64,000 bases of DNA from Phycisphaerae bacterium. GTDB taxonomy: Bacteria > Planctomycetota > Phycisphaerae > UBA1845. The DNA is taken from assembly GCA_029260165.1 (NCBI GenBank), contig JAJDDT010000013.1, positions 18,954-82,953 of the forward strand, given 5' to 3'. Positions 1 to 8,250 of the stretch are shown in pieces. Position 1 is the stretch's first letter; each line of letters opens with the position of its first letter. The position numbers were made by a program, and so were the translations under genes. Under the pieces are notes generated by a model. That model was not told where the DNA came from and made no database searches. It saw only the letters and a list, made by a program, of their open reading frames with translations.

Positions 1-744
1 GGGAAGATCGAGTTTCTGACCATTGTGGTAGACCTCGATGCGCCCGGACGTGACCGAGTTGCTGCGAAGGTTCATGCGGATCGCGACGATTTCCCCAACC
101 TCCGCCGACGCGGGTGCGGTCATCTTCTCAAAAAATATTTCGCGCCGCAACTCGTACCAAAGCGGTACCACGTCGATGGTCACGCCATCCGCCGCCGCCC
201 GTTGAGCCTCTCCGAGAAGGTCGCCCATGTTGTCGTTACCATCCGAGATCATCACGATGCGCTTGGCTGTGTCGTGCGGAAACATCGCCATCGCCAGTCG
301 AACCGCGCCAGCCACGTCGGTTCGATCGGGATTGGGCATGTCGGGCAATCGCCCGCGTTCGAGAAAATAACCACCCTTCATGGGCAACTGCTCGAGGTGG
401 GCGTGGCGCGCGAAATCGATCACACCGACGCGGTCGTTGGGTGGAATTTTTTCGCAGACCCTCTCCATGTACGCTTCCTGATTGGCCTCGTGCTCGCGAA
501 CGCTCAGCGAGCGGTCCATCAGGAACATGACCGTCAGATCGTCGTTGCGTTTGACTTGTTGAATCTCAGCCAGTGTCGCGACGATGGCGAGAATCACCAG
601 TGAACGGACGACCAGCGACGCGATCCGACGGGCCATCCCCAACCCCGCCAGCGCACGATACGACGCTGCGACGAGCACCGGTATCAGCAGTGCAAGCCAA
701 AGCCATTCAGGTTTCTCAAAACCAAACGGAAGCTGATCAAACAA
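1..744 (-). CDS. VWA-domain membrane protein with BatA-like N-terminus (runs off the window edge)
   Basis: Manual translation from TTG at 744 gives LFDQLPFGFEKPEWLWLALLIP..., MIDAS motif FLMDRSLS, then TDVAGAVRLA and IVMISDG. Not in the ORF track because it is open at the edge. Confidence 0.85.
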   Translation of the reverse strand, partial: MFDQLPFGFEKPEWLWLALLIPVLVAASYRALAGLGMARRIASLVVRSLVILAIVATLAEIQQVKRNDDLTVMFLMDRSLSVREHEANQEAYMERVCEKIPPNDRVGVIDFARHAHLEQLPMKGGYFLERGRLPDMPNPDRTDVAGAVRLAMAMFPHDTAKRIVMISDGNDNMGDLLGEAQRAAADGVTIDVVPLWYELRREIFFEKMTAPASAEVGEIVAIRMNLRSNSVTSGRIEVYHNGQKLDLP

Positions 745-749
745 TCCTG

Positions 750-1655
750 TCACCGCTTAATTATCTGCACGCGATTATTCTGAGAGTCCAGAGCGTATAC
801 CACGTCACCTGAACCATACGCTGCTCCCCAGGGCGAGTAAAGTTCACCAACGCTACGCCCCGGTCCGCCCCACACCCCCAACGACTTTCCAGCCTTGTCA
901 AACCACTGAAGCCGACTGTTGCCATACTCACAAATGAGAAGAATTCCGTCTTTCATGTCCAGATCGTACGGATACCGGAGCTGCCCAGGCTCGGTTCCCA
1001 TCTTCCCGAATTGCGTCAGAAGCTGCCCATCAAGATTGAACCGAAGAACACGGTGATTGCAGGCGTCTGCTACCCACAGCGTCTGTTCATCGTCCACCAG
1101 AATCGCCGCAGGCCGCAAGAGCGGCATGCCCGCGATCTCGCCCGAAACGATTGTCGAGTCAAACGTGTAGTCCGCCTTCCATTTGGTGACCCGATCGTTG
1201 CCGCTGTACTCAGCCACATAAATGAACCCGTTGTTGTCGTAGGCGATGTCGGTGGGCAGGCGAAACTGACCATCCCCGTCACCTTCCTCACCAAACCGGG
1301 CGAGTTCGACACCATCGCGATCGTAAACCAGAACGCGATGATAATGCGTGTCTGCCACAAACAACCGCCCGTCCGAATGAACCGTCAACCCGACGGGTTT
1401 CCCAGCCTGCCTGGCGGGCATGGGCCATTGCCTCTCGAATTCACCCTCCGGGCTGAATCGCTGCACCCGAGCGGTCTTGTCGACGATGAACAATCGACCG
1501 TCCGCAGCGCGGGCGATTCCCCGGGGATAGCTGAACGCACCAGGCCCCATTCCGACCGATCCGAACACCCTGGCCACACCGTTTTCGGTCAGCGGCGGCG
1601 GTTCGCACCCGACCATGAATGCCACCAACGAAATGACAACAACCAATCTAAACAT
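750..1655 (-). CDS. NHL-repeat beta-propeller lipoprotein
   Basis: Repeated GxGxGQFxxPxxIA/VADxxNHRV units; lipobox FMVGC. Confidence 0.9.
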   Translation of the reverse strand: MFRLVVVISLVAFMVGCEPPPLTENGVARVFGSVGMGPGAFSYPRGIARAADGRLFIVDKTARVQRFSPEGEFERQWPMPARQAGKPVGLTVHSDGRLFVADTHYHRVLVYDRDGVELARFGEEGDGDGQFRLPTDIAYDNNGFIYVAEYSGNDRVTKWKADYTFDSTIVSGEIAGMPLLRPAAILVDDEQTLWVADACNHRVLRFNLDGQLLTQFGKMGTEPGQLRYPYDLDMKDGILLICEYGNSRLQWFDKAGKSLGVWGGPGRSVGELYSPWGAAYGSGDVVYALDSQNNRVQIIKR

Positions 1656-3144
1656 CGAGTTCCCTGCGACGAAGAGCGATCGTTGCCAAAACGATGGCCG
1701 GCACGACCGCCAGCGTCATCACCAGTCCGATCGACAGCAACATGCCCGTTTCAAACCGATGAAACTTCTCGACAAGGATTGTAGCCATCATTCGCGGCGA
1801 TGGCACTGCCACGATCGAAACAACATCCACGTCTGCCAACGCAAACGCACCGGTCAGAAACATCCCGCCCGCAAGCGTAGGCCAATGGTGCCCGAGCATC
1901 GCTCCATATACCTCCGACCGTGACCCCGCACCCTCGACCCGCAACGATTCCATCTGATCCCGTGCAGTCGCCCGTGTCGCAACCCAACACGCCAAACACC
2001 CGACCCACGCATATCGACCCGTCAACGCCAACACCAGGATAGGCCAATGGTTGTAAACCGCGTCAACCCGCTGATAAGCAGCCAGCATCGATTCCCCAAT
2101 CAACGCGCCCGGCAAAACCCCCGCCGCCATCGCAATCAGCGTCATGACAGCCACCAGACGGCTGCTCGCTGCAAACACCCCGATACAAACAGCGACCACC
2201 CCGACCGCAGCACAAACCGCAAACGTACCGCCCAACTCCCCACCATAGGTCACAAACAGCTCGCACAGCGGCCCGATCACCTCTCGCCCCGAAAACAACA
2301 TCCGCATCGGAACCCCGACGGTTAAGACGACGATGGCCACGACAACCACAGCGCTGCCCGTTTTCGATCCAACCTGCCGCCCGTCCCCACGCGATGGTCG
2401 GCGACCCCACATGGTTTTGACAAGAACGATTACCCCAACGAGCACCAGCAATGGCACGACGCACCCAATCGCGATCTTCGCACCAGCCACGTCAAACGCG
2501 TCACCTTCTGCGATCGCGAGCAATTCCGTCGAAAACACGATCACACCATTCGCATGTGGAACCGAGTATTCCCCGATCAACACCGCAAACAGGATCAGCA
2601 TCGAAACAGCCACATGCCGCGTCACGTTCGGCAATCCGACCCGGCGAAACGAATCCCAACCCGACGCGTCCATCAACGCGGATTCGTAACCGGATCGCCC
2701 ACCACGCAACCAACCCGCCCCAATCACCAACGCCGCCACAGGCCAACCCCAACCAGCCCAACACCACATCGTCCGCAACCACGGCGCCCACCCTTCCAAC
2801 CCGGGCGTCACGGAACCCCAATACCGTTGCCAACCGAACACGAGCACCATCGCGGGCAACATCAACGGCAGCGTCACCAGCGAAACCATCCACGACGATC
2901 GACGACCACCGATGACAAACGCAACCGGCAACGCCAACACCGTCGCAACAAGCGTCGCAACAACGGCAAGACCGGCTGTCCTGACAAACAGCAACCAGTA
3001 CCGCTCGTTGAAAACCCCGCCCAACAACGCCGCGTCGCACCGTACGGTACGCAAAACCAGCGCACCCGCTGGTACCACGAGTGTCCCCACAAACGCGACC
3101 AACCCGATCAACCTGACAATTGCAAAGAACCCGTATCGATTCAC
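1648..3144 (-). CDS. ABC transporter permease, Fe3+/thiamine-type (divergent)
   Basis: Many TM helices, two-fold internal repeat, EAA-like YESALMDASG; overlaps the SBP gene. Confidence 0.75.
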   Translation of the reverse strand: MNRYGFFAIVRLIGLVAFVGTLVVPAGALVLRTVRCDAALLGGVFNERYWLLFVRTAGLAVVATLVATVLALPVAFVIGGRRSSWMVSLVTLPLMLPAMVLVFGWQRYWGSVTPGLEGWAPWLRTMWCWAGWGWPVAALVIGAGWLRGGRSGYESALMDASGWDSFRRVGLPNVTRHVAVSMLILFAVLIGEYSVPHANGVIVFSTELLAIAEGDAFDVAGAKIAIGCVVPLLVLVGVIVLVKTMWGRRPSRGDGRQVGSKTGSAVVVVAIVVLTVGVPMRMLFSGREVIGPLCELFVTYGGELGGTFAVCAAVGVVAVCIGVFAASSRLVAVMTLIAMAAGVLPGALIGESMLAAYQRVDAVYNHWPILVLALTGRYAWVGCLACWVATRATARDQMESLRVEGAGSRSEVYGAMLGHHWPTLAGGMFLTGAFALADVDVVSIVAVPSPRMMATILVEKFHRFETGMLLSIGLVMTLAVVPAIVLATIALRRRELDV

Positions 3145-4139
3145 TTCAAAAGGATATGGCGGGCGACCTCGGCGCTCAAATCGAGCTTGCTCGCAATATC
3201 GGTGTAGGAAATGTTCACACGGACATCCGTCCTGATGCCCAGCCGATCACGCAACGACGCCCGCACCGGCACATTCCGCGACGTCGACCTCGCCAGCAAC
3301 TCCTCGACAGCAGCCGACGTCAGAAAATCGACCAGCTTTCGTCCCGCCTCCTCATGTCGACAATGTGCGACAAGGGCCACCGACGACGGAATCCACAGCG
3401 TATCCCCACGTCCCATGTCGAGATACTTCAAATCAAGGTTGGCTCCATCACGCTGCGCAACCCAGACATCATCCGTATCGGTCATGCACAGGTCCGCCCG
3501 CCCATCCATCACCGCTCGCACCGCCGACGAATTACCACCGACAATCTGCACCCCACGTTTTTTCAACGAGGTCAAAAACGACGTCGCCCGATCATCTCCC
3601 CACATCGAAAACATCGCAGCCACATGTCCCCGCGTCGTCCCGAACATCGGGTTCGCCATGACCAGCCGCCTCGCCCACCGCTCCTGCGACAGATCCTCCC
3701 ACTTGTCAGGCAACGCATCACGCTGCACACGAGACGGATCAAACGCAAGCACCCGCCCCCGCAATCCGATGGCGGTCCAACGATGTTGCTTGTCGCGAAA
3801 CGCACCGGGAATGTCCGACGCTGTCGCAGGTTCGTACGACGCGAGAAATCCCTCATCCGCCAGACGCATCGTGCTAAACAGCTCGCTGGAAAACAGAACG
3901 TCCGCGCGAGGTTTGCTGCCCTCCGCCCGAATCCGATTGATCAGACCGGTCGTCTTCCCCGCTTCAGTATCGTAAACCACGCGAGGTTCAATACCCGTCT
4001 GATCGAAAAAGGCAGCCATCACCTGCCGGGCAAACGTTTCATCAACACTGCAATAGACAACCGGGCGGGTGTCATCGTCCGCGCAACCAAACGAAACCAC
4101 GCAGAAAAATCCGCAGCACAGAAAAATGGAATGGTTCAA
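3141..4139 (-). CDS. Extracellular solute-binding lipoprotein (FbpA/AfuA-like)
   Basis: VVYCSVD, DTEAGKTTGL, MANPMFGTT and TDTDD motifs; lipobox SFGC. Confidence 0.88.
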   Translation of the reverse strand: MNHSIFLCCGFFCVVSFGCADDDTRPVVYCSVDETFARQVMAAFFDQTGIEPRVVYDTEAGKTTGLINRIRAEGSKPRADVLFSSELFSTMRLADEGFLASYEPATASDIPGAFRDKQHRWTAIGLRGRVLAFDPSRVQRDALPDKWEDLSQERWARRLVMANPMFGTTRGHVAAMFSMWGDDRATSFLTSLKKRGVQIVGGNSSAVRAVMDGRADLCMTDTDDVWVAQRDGANLDLKYLDMGRGDTLWIPSSVALVAHCRHEEAGRKLVDFLTSAAVEELLARSTSRNVPVRASLRDRLGIRTDVRVNISYTDIASKLDLSAEVARHILLK

Positions 4140-4166
4140 CCACTGACGGAAAATGACCCGGGTATC

Positions 4167-5987
4167 CTATTCGTCGTCGCCATCTGACGCGCTTTCCTTA
4201 CCGCCTTTTTCATTCCCAGCGTCCTTAGCTTCCCCAGCTTCCCCAGCTTCCTGCGGTGTCACCCCGGCGGATTCCTGCATGTCGGTGAAATACCTGCGAA
4301 CGACGTCCTGATAGCGACGCGGGATCCTCTTGCGATTGATCGCGTCAGCCGCATCACGCTCCGCCGAGTTGATCACCTCTTTCGCCGCAGACGAAACGTC
4401 ACCCTTCTCCTGCGGACCGTCCACCAGAAACTGCCCAATGATCGAACCAGCGTGGTTGTTCACCTTCTGCTTGTGTTTCTTGTAATCGTACGCCGTCTGA
4501 CGCTCCGGCGCGATCCCACCGCGACCGTTCTTCATGTTGGGACCCATCCCGCCCTTGCCCCGCCCGTTGCACGCTCCACAAGGCTTGTTCCCCTGTTTCC
4601 CCGAACCGTTGCATTGACCACAGGGCTTGTTGTTTTTCCTGCCACCCTGACTCAATTGGTTCTTGCTCTCCTGAAGCTCGGCGATGCTCGACTCGATATC
4701 GTTCATCTCCTGCTCGAGCTGATCCATCTCAGACAACTGCTGCCCAGCCCCGTTCAGCCCCTTTGACGCCTGACCAGCCTGTCCCGCACCCGCCGCTTTG
4801 GCAGCCTGCTTCAACGCATCGGACAACTGGTTGCCCTTGTTGCACGCGTTGCACTTGGACTTCATCTGTTTCGTGGTCTTCTTAATCTCCTCCTGCGACA
4901 TCCCCTTCTTCTCAAGCTGTTTCTTGAGTTTTTCGATGTCCTCAGGCGTGAGGTTTTTCAGCATCTTCTCGATGTCTTTTTTTGAAATACCCGCCTGTTG
5001 GAGCTTCTGCTTCAACTTCTTGTCATCCGCAAGCTTCGCGATCTTGTCAGCCAGCTTGTTCAACTGATTCTCCAACGCCTTGAGCTTCTGCTCGTCCCCC
5101 TCGCTCTCACGCATTTTCTGCTTCAAGATGTCAAGCTGCTTCATGGCAGCCTTGAAATCACCCTTCGCCAACGATTGCGACAACTTGTTCGTCTCACTGT
5201 CATTGGCATCGTCGGGCTGAAGCGCACGCAGCATCCGCTTGAATTCCTTCGCCTGCTCAAAACGCTCATCGCTCTTCTGCTTCTTGAGCGTGTCCTGAAT
5301 CGAGTCGAGCTTCCGAATCGCGATGCGCCGAAAATCCTTCGGACGTTGGAGCTTCGGTTTCTTCAGATTTCCGGATTCCTCAAGATCGTTCAACTGATCT
5401 TCTAATTCCGGGTTCGTGCGGGCAAGCGATTTTAACTTCTCCGTGTGTTTTTTGATCACCGTCTTCGTGTGCCGGACATTCTCAATCTGTTCCGCATCAC
5501 CGTCATCCGCGCCCACCAGCAATCCCGTCGGCAACAGCAACAGGCCGCAGGCCAAAACCACGCTCACCGCCATCGACGAAAACGCACGCGGAAACGTGTA
5601 CCGAAGATGTTGGCTGACCGTCAGATTACGACTCGTGTTCTCCGCATCCGTTACCACCGCATCCGCAAACGGATCATCTGCATCCTGACAATACAACCCG
5701 CTGCTGATCCGCTCACGAAGACCAGCCGCCTTGTCCAACGCAGCCGCCGCACCGTACGCATCAATCCGATTCACCAACGCCCAAACGACCGACACCAAAA
5801 CAGAGCCCGTCCCCAGACAGACCGCCATCAAACCCAGAGGCCAGTCAAAGGCATACAATCGATCAACGAGCACGACCGCCGCGAAAATCCCCGCGCCCGC
5901 CGTTGTCGTCTTGCAGACAAGATTGAGCCAACGGTCGGTCGTAATCCGACGCCGAGCCTTCTGAACCTGTGTCTCGATGGGTGACAT
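4167..5987 (-). CDS. Membrane-anchored long coiled-coil protein with two CxxCxGxG motifs
   Basis: Three N-terminal TM segments, K/Q/E-rich heptads, PCGQCNGSG and PCGACNGRG, C-terminal IPRRYQDVVRRYF. Confidence 0.8.
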   Translation of the reverse strand: MSPIETQVQKARRRITTDRWLNLVCKTTTAGAGIFAAVVLVDRLYAFDWPLGLMAVCLGTGSVLVSVVWALVNRIDAYGAAAALDKAAGLRERISSGLYCQDADDPFADAVVTDAENTSRNLTVSQHLRYTFPRAFSSMAVSVVLACGLLLLPTGLLVGADDGDAEQIENVRHTKTVIKKHTEKLKSLARTNPELEDQLNDLEESGNLKKPKLQRPKDFRRIAIRKLDSIQDTLKKQKSDERFEQAKEFKRMLRALQPDDANDSETNKLSQSLAKGDFKAAMKQLDILKQKMRESEGDEQKLKALENQLNKLADKIAKLADDKKLKQKLQQAGISKKDIEKMLKNLTPEDIEKLKKQLEKKGMSQEEIKKTTKQMKSKCNACNKGNQLSDALKQAAKAAGAGQAGQASKGLNGAGQQLSEMDQLEQEMNDIESSIAELQESKNQLSQGGRKNNKPCGQCNGSGKQGNKPCGACNGRGKGGMGPNMKNGRGGIAPERQTAYDYKKHKQKVNNHAGSIIGQFLVDGPQEKGDVSSAAKEVINSAERDAADAINRKRIPRRYQDVVRRYFTDMQESAGVTPQEAGEAGEAKDAGNEKGGKESASDGDDE

Positions 5988-6054
5988 GCGCGATCCTCGC
6001 AAAAAAAGTGGCTACGGGTTGCATAACAGTTCCGGCGGGGTGCAACGGACCATT

Positions 6055-6083
6055 GTAGCGTCACCCCTTGTGGGTGACGGGAA
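6055..6083 (+). repeat. REP family 1 (GTAG + 8-bp hairpin), copy 1
   Basis: GTAG-CGTCACCC-CTTGT-GGGTGACG-GGAA, intergenic. Confidence 0.85.
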
Positions 6084-6333
6084 TACAAAACGACGTCCGT
6101 CTGCAATCACGACGTCCACAACGTGCCACGCCGCAGAACAGCCACCACGATCGTACCCGCCGATTTCGTCACGCACCCGGTGGCTGCCGGCACCAAACTT
6201 GCCGGTACCCTTATTATCGTACGCATTGTACCATCTATGAGCAACCAGGTTGGATTTTGTCGGGATTTCAGTGCCAATAAAAGTTTCCGCACGCATGTCG
6301 GCGTCGGAACGCGGGCAAATGGGAGAATGTGCG

Positions 6334-8229
6334 ATGTTGTCGGCCCATCAACCGCCGCCTCAATTGAAAAACTGTTGTCGGATTCTCAGCATTCTTCTCG
6401 CAGCCGTGTTGGCAGGGGGCGTTGTCCACGCACAGGAGAATGAGGCTGAGGACGCGACGCTCGTGGAAGGGCAGGTCTTCGACTACGCGGGAAGTGGTGT
6501 CAAAGCCGTCGTGGTCGATTTGTACAAGTCAGGCGCTGACCTGTCGGGCAAACCCCTCCTGTCCGTTCACACCGAAGGGTTCGGCGACTTCAAATTCCCC
6601 AAAACAGTCAGCCTCACCGGTGACGTAACCGTCGTCTTTACAAAAGAAGGCTACGCCAGGGTCGAACGAACGGTCACCATCGAAGACGGCGGCCTGCCCC
6701 CATTCGTCGATGTACAACTCCCCGGCGCTAACACGTTCAAGGGAATCGTCCGCTCGGAGGAATCCAGGCAACCCATCGCCGACGCCAATGTGCTCGTCAG
6801 CTCCTTCGGAAGGGACTGGCGCGTCAGGACCGACAAGGACGGCCTGTTCACCGTCGAGGGAACCCACAAGCGCAGTGGCCAACTCACCGTCCAGGCCGGC
6901 GGGTTCGGAAAACTGATCATGAACGTCCCGTCCCTCGCCGCGGACGAACCCATCGAAATCGAGCTGCAATCCGAACGCATCATTCGCATCGTTGTCGTCG
7001 ATTGGCGGAGCAACCCGATTCCCGACGTGGATGTCGAACTCCAGGGAACCGAGCGGAGCGATTATTGGTACGGCATCACCGACAAGGACGGACAAATAGT
7101 CTTCACCGGTGCATCGCGCGACATGACGACCATTCGCGCCAGGCTCGACCACAAGGGATTTGTCTCAGACGTGACCTACACCCGCGAGATCGAGTTTCCC
7201 GACGATAAATTTGACACCGAATACCGCCTGACCATGGTATCCGCCGGCACCATCAAGGGAGAGGTCACCGACGCAAAGACGGGCAGAACGTTGCAGGGAA
7301 CGCGGATCACACTGGGCGCAACCAGCGATCCGAATCAGCCAACAGAGTGGACCGATCTAGCCGGATCGTACGAACTGACCGGCGTGTCTCCGGGCAAGGA
7401 CGTCGTCACCGTTTACCTGTCGGGGTACGCCCCACAACTGCACGAAATCCGCATCCACGCCAACCAGACAACAGAGGTCGATTTCGCGCTCAAAGAGTCC
7501 AAAATCGCCAAAGGCGTCGTGCTCGATTCCAAAGAGAAACCCATCGAAGGCGCGTTCATCGTCGCCACCGAATGGGCTGGAGGATCGACCCTCGGTGCAC
7601 AGGCGCTGACTGACGAAAACGGGGTCTTCGAATTGACCAACATCCCGGACGAGGAATTTGAAGTGGCTGTTCAGGCCTTCAAGCACCAACCGCTCCTCGA
7701 ACAAACAATCAAACCGGGAAAACTCGACCACCGTTTCAAACTAAAACGCGCAGAGAAATCATCAGGAGCTCTCGGATCGGCAAAACGCCTCAAAATCGGC
7801 GATTCGCTCCCGGATTTGGATTTCACAACGCTGGAGGGGAAAAAAATCAAGACCGCGGATTTGCGCGGCAAAGTGATACTGTTGGATTTCTGGGCGACAT
7901 GGTGTGGCCCATGCATCGCGGAGATTCCCAATCTCGTCGAAATGTACGACGAATTGGCGGCGGACCCGAATTTCGTTTTTGTGGGCATTAGTCTGGATGG
8001 AAACGGAATGGAGAAGACCGTCAGGAAATTCGTCAGGAAAAACAAGATGAAATGGTTGCAGGTGGTGGGTGACAAAAACGGCGTGGACGTGGCCTCGAAA
8101 AAATGCGGCGTCACTTTCATTCCGCGGACGATTCTTATCGGACCGACTGGAAGAATTCACGCGATGGACCTTCTCGGCGACGCTTTGAAAAAAGAAGTGA
8201 CATCGCTCGTCGAGAAACTCAAAAAATAG
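6334..8229 (+). CDS. Carboxypeptidase-regulatory-like repeat protein fused to a C-terminal TlpA thioredoxin
   Basis: Signal peptide; repeated GxVxD..G.PI.GA / TDxDGxF units; LLDFWATWCGPC. Start is uncertain (6319 or 6334). Confidence 0.88.
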   Translation: MLSAHQPPPQLKNCCRILSILLAAVLAGGVVHAQENEAEDATLVEGQVFDYAGSGVKAVVVDLYKSGADLSGKPLLSVHTEGFGDFKFPKTVSLTGDVTVVFTKEGYARVERTVTIEDGGLPPFVDVQLPGANTFKGIVRSEESRQPIADANVLVSSFGRDWRVRTDKDGLFTVEGTHKRSGQLTVQAGGFGKLIMNVPSLAADEPIEIELQSERIIRIVVVDWRSNPIPDVDVELQGTERSDYWYGITDKDGQIVFTGASRDMTTIRARLDHKGFVSDVTYTREIEFPDDKFDTEYRLTMVSAGTIKGEVTDAKTGRTLQGTRITLGATSDPNQPTEWTDLAGSYELTGVSPGKDVVTVYLSGYAPQLHEIRIHANQTTEVDFALKESKIAKGVVLDSKEKPIEGAFIVATEWAGGSTLGAQALTDENGVFELTNIPDEEFEVAVQAFKHQPLLEQTIKPGKLDHRFKLKRAEKSSGALGSAKRLKIGDSLPDLDFTTLEGKKIKTADLRGKVILLDFWATWCGPCIAEIPNLVEMYDELAADPNFVFVGISLDGNGMEKTVRKFVRKNKMKWLQVVGDKNGVDVASKKCGVTFIPRTILIGPTGRIHAMDLLGDALKKEVTSLVEKLKK

Positions 8230-8250
8230 CGTTTTTTCGAAGCAGCCTGG

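Noticed and set aside
6012..6296. 94-aa ORF and overlapping short ORFs in the divergent gap
   Set aside because: They run through a REP and the promoter region, with no recognisable motifs.
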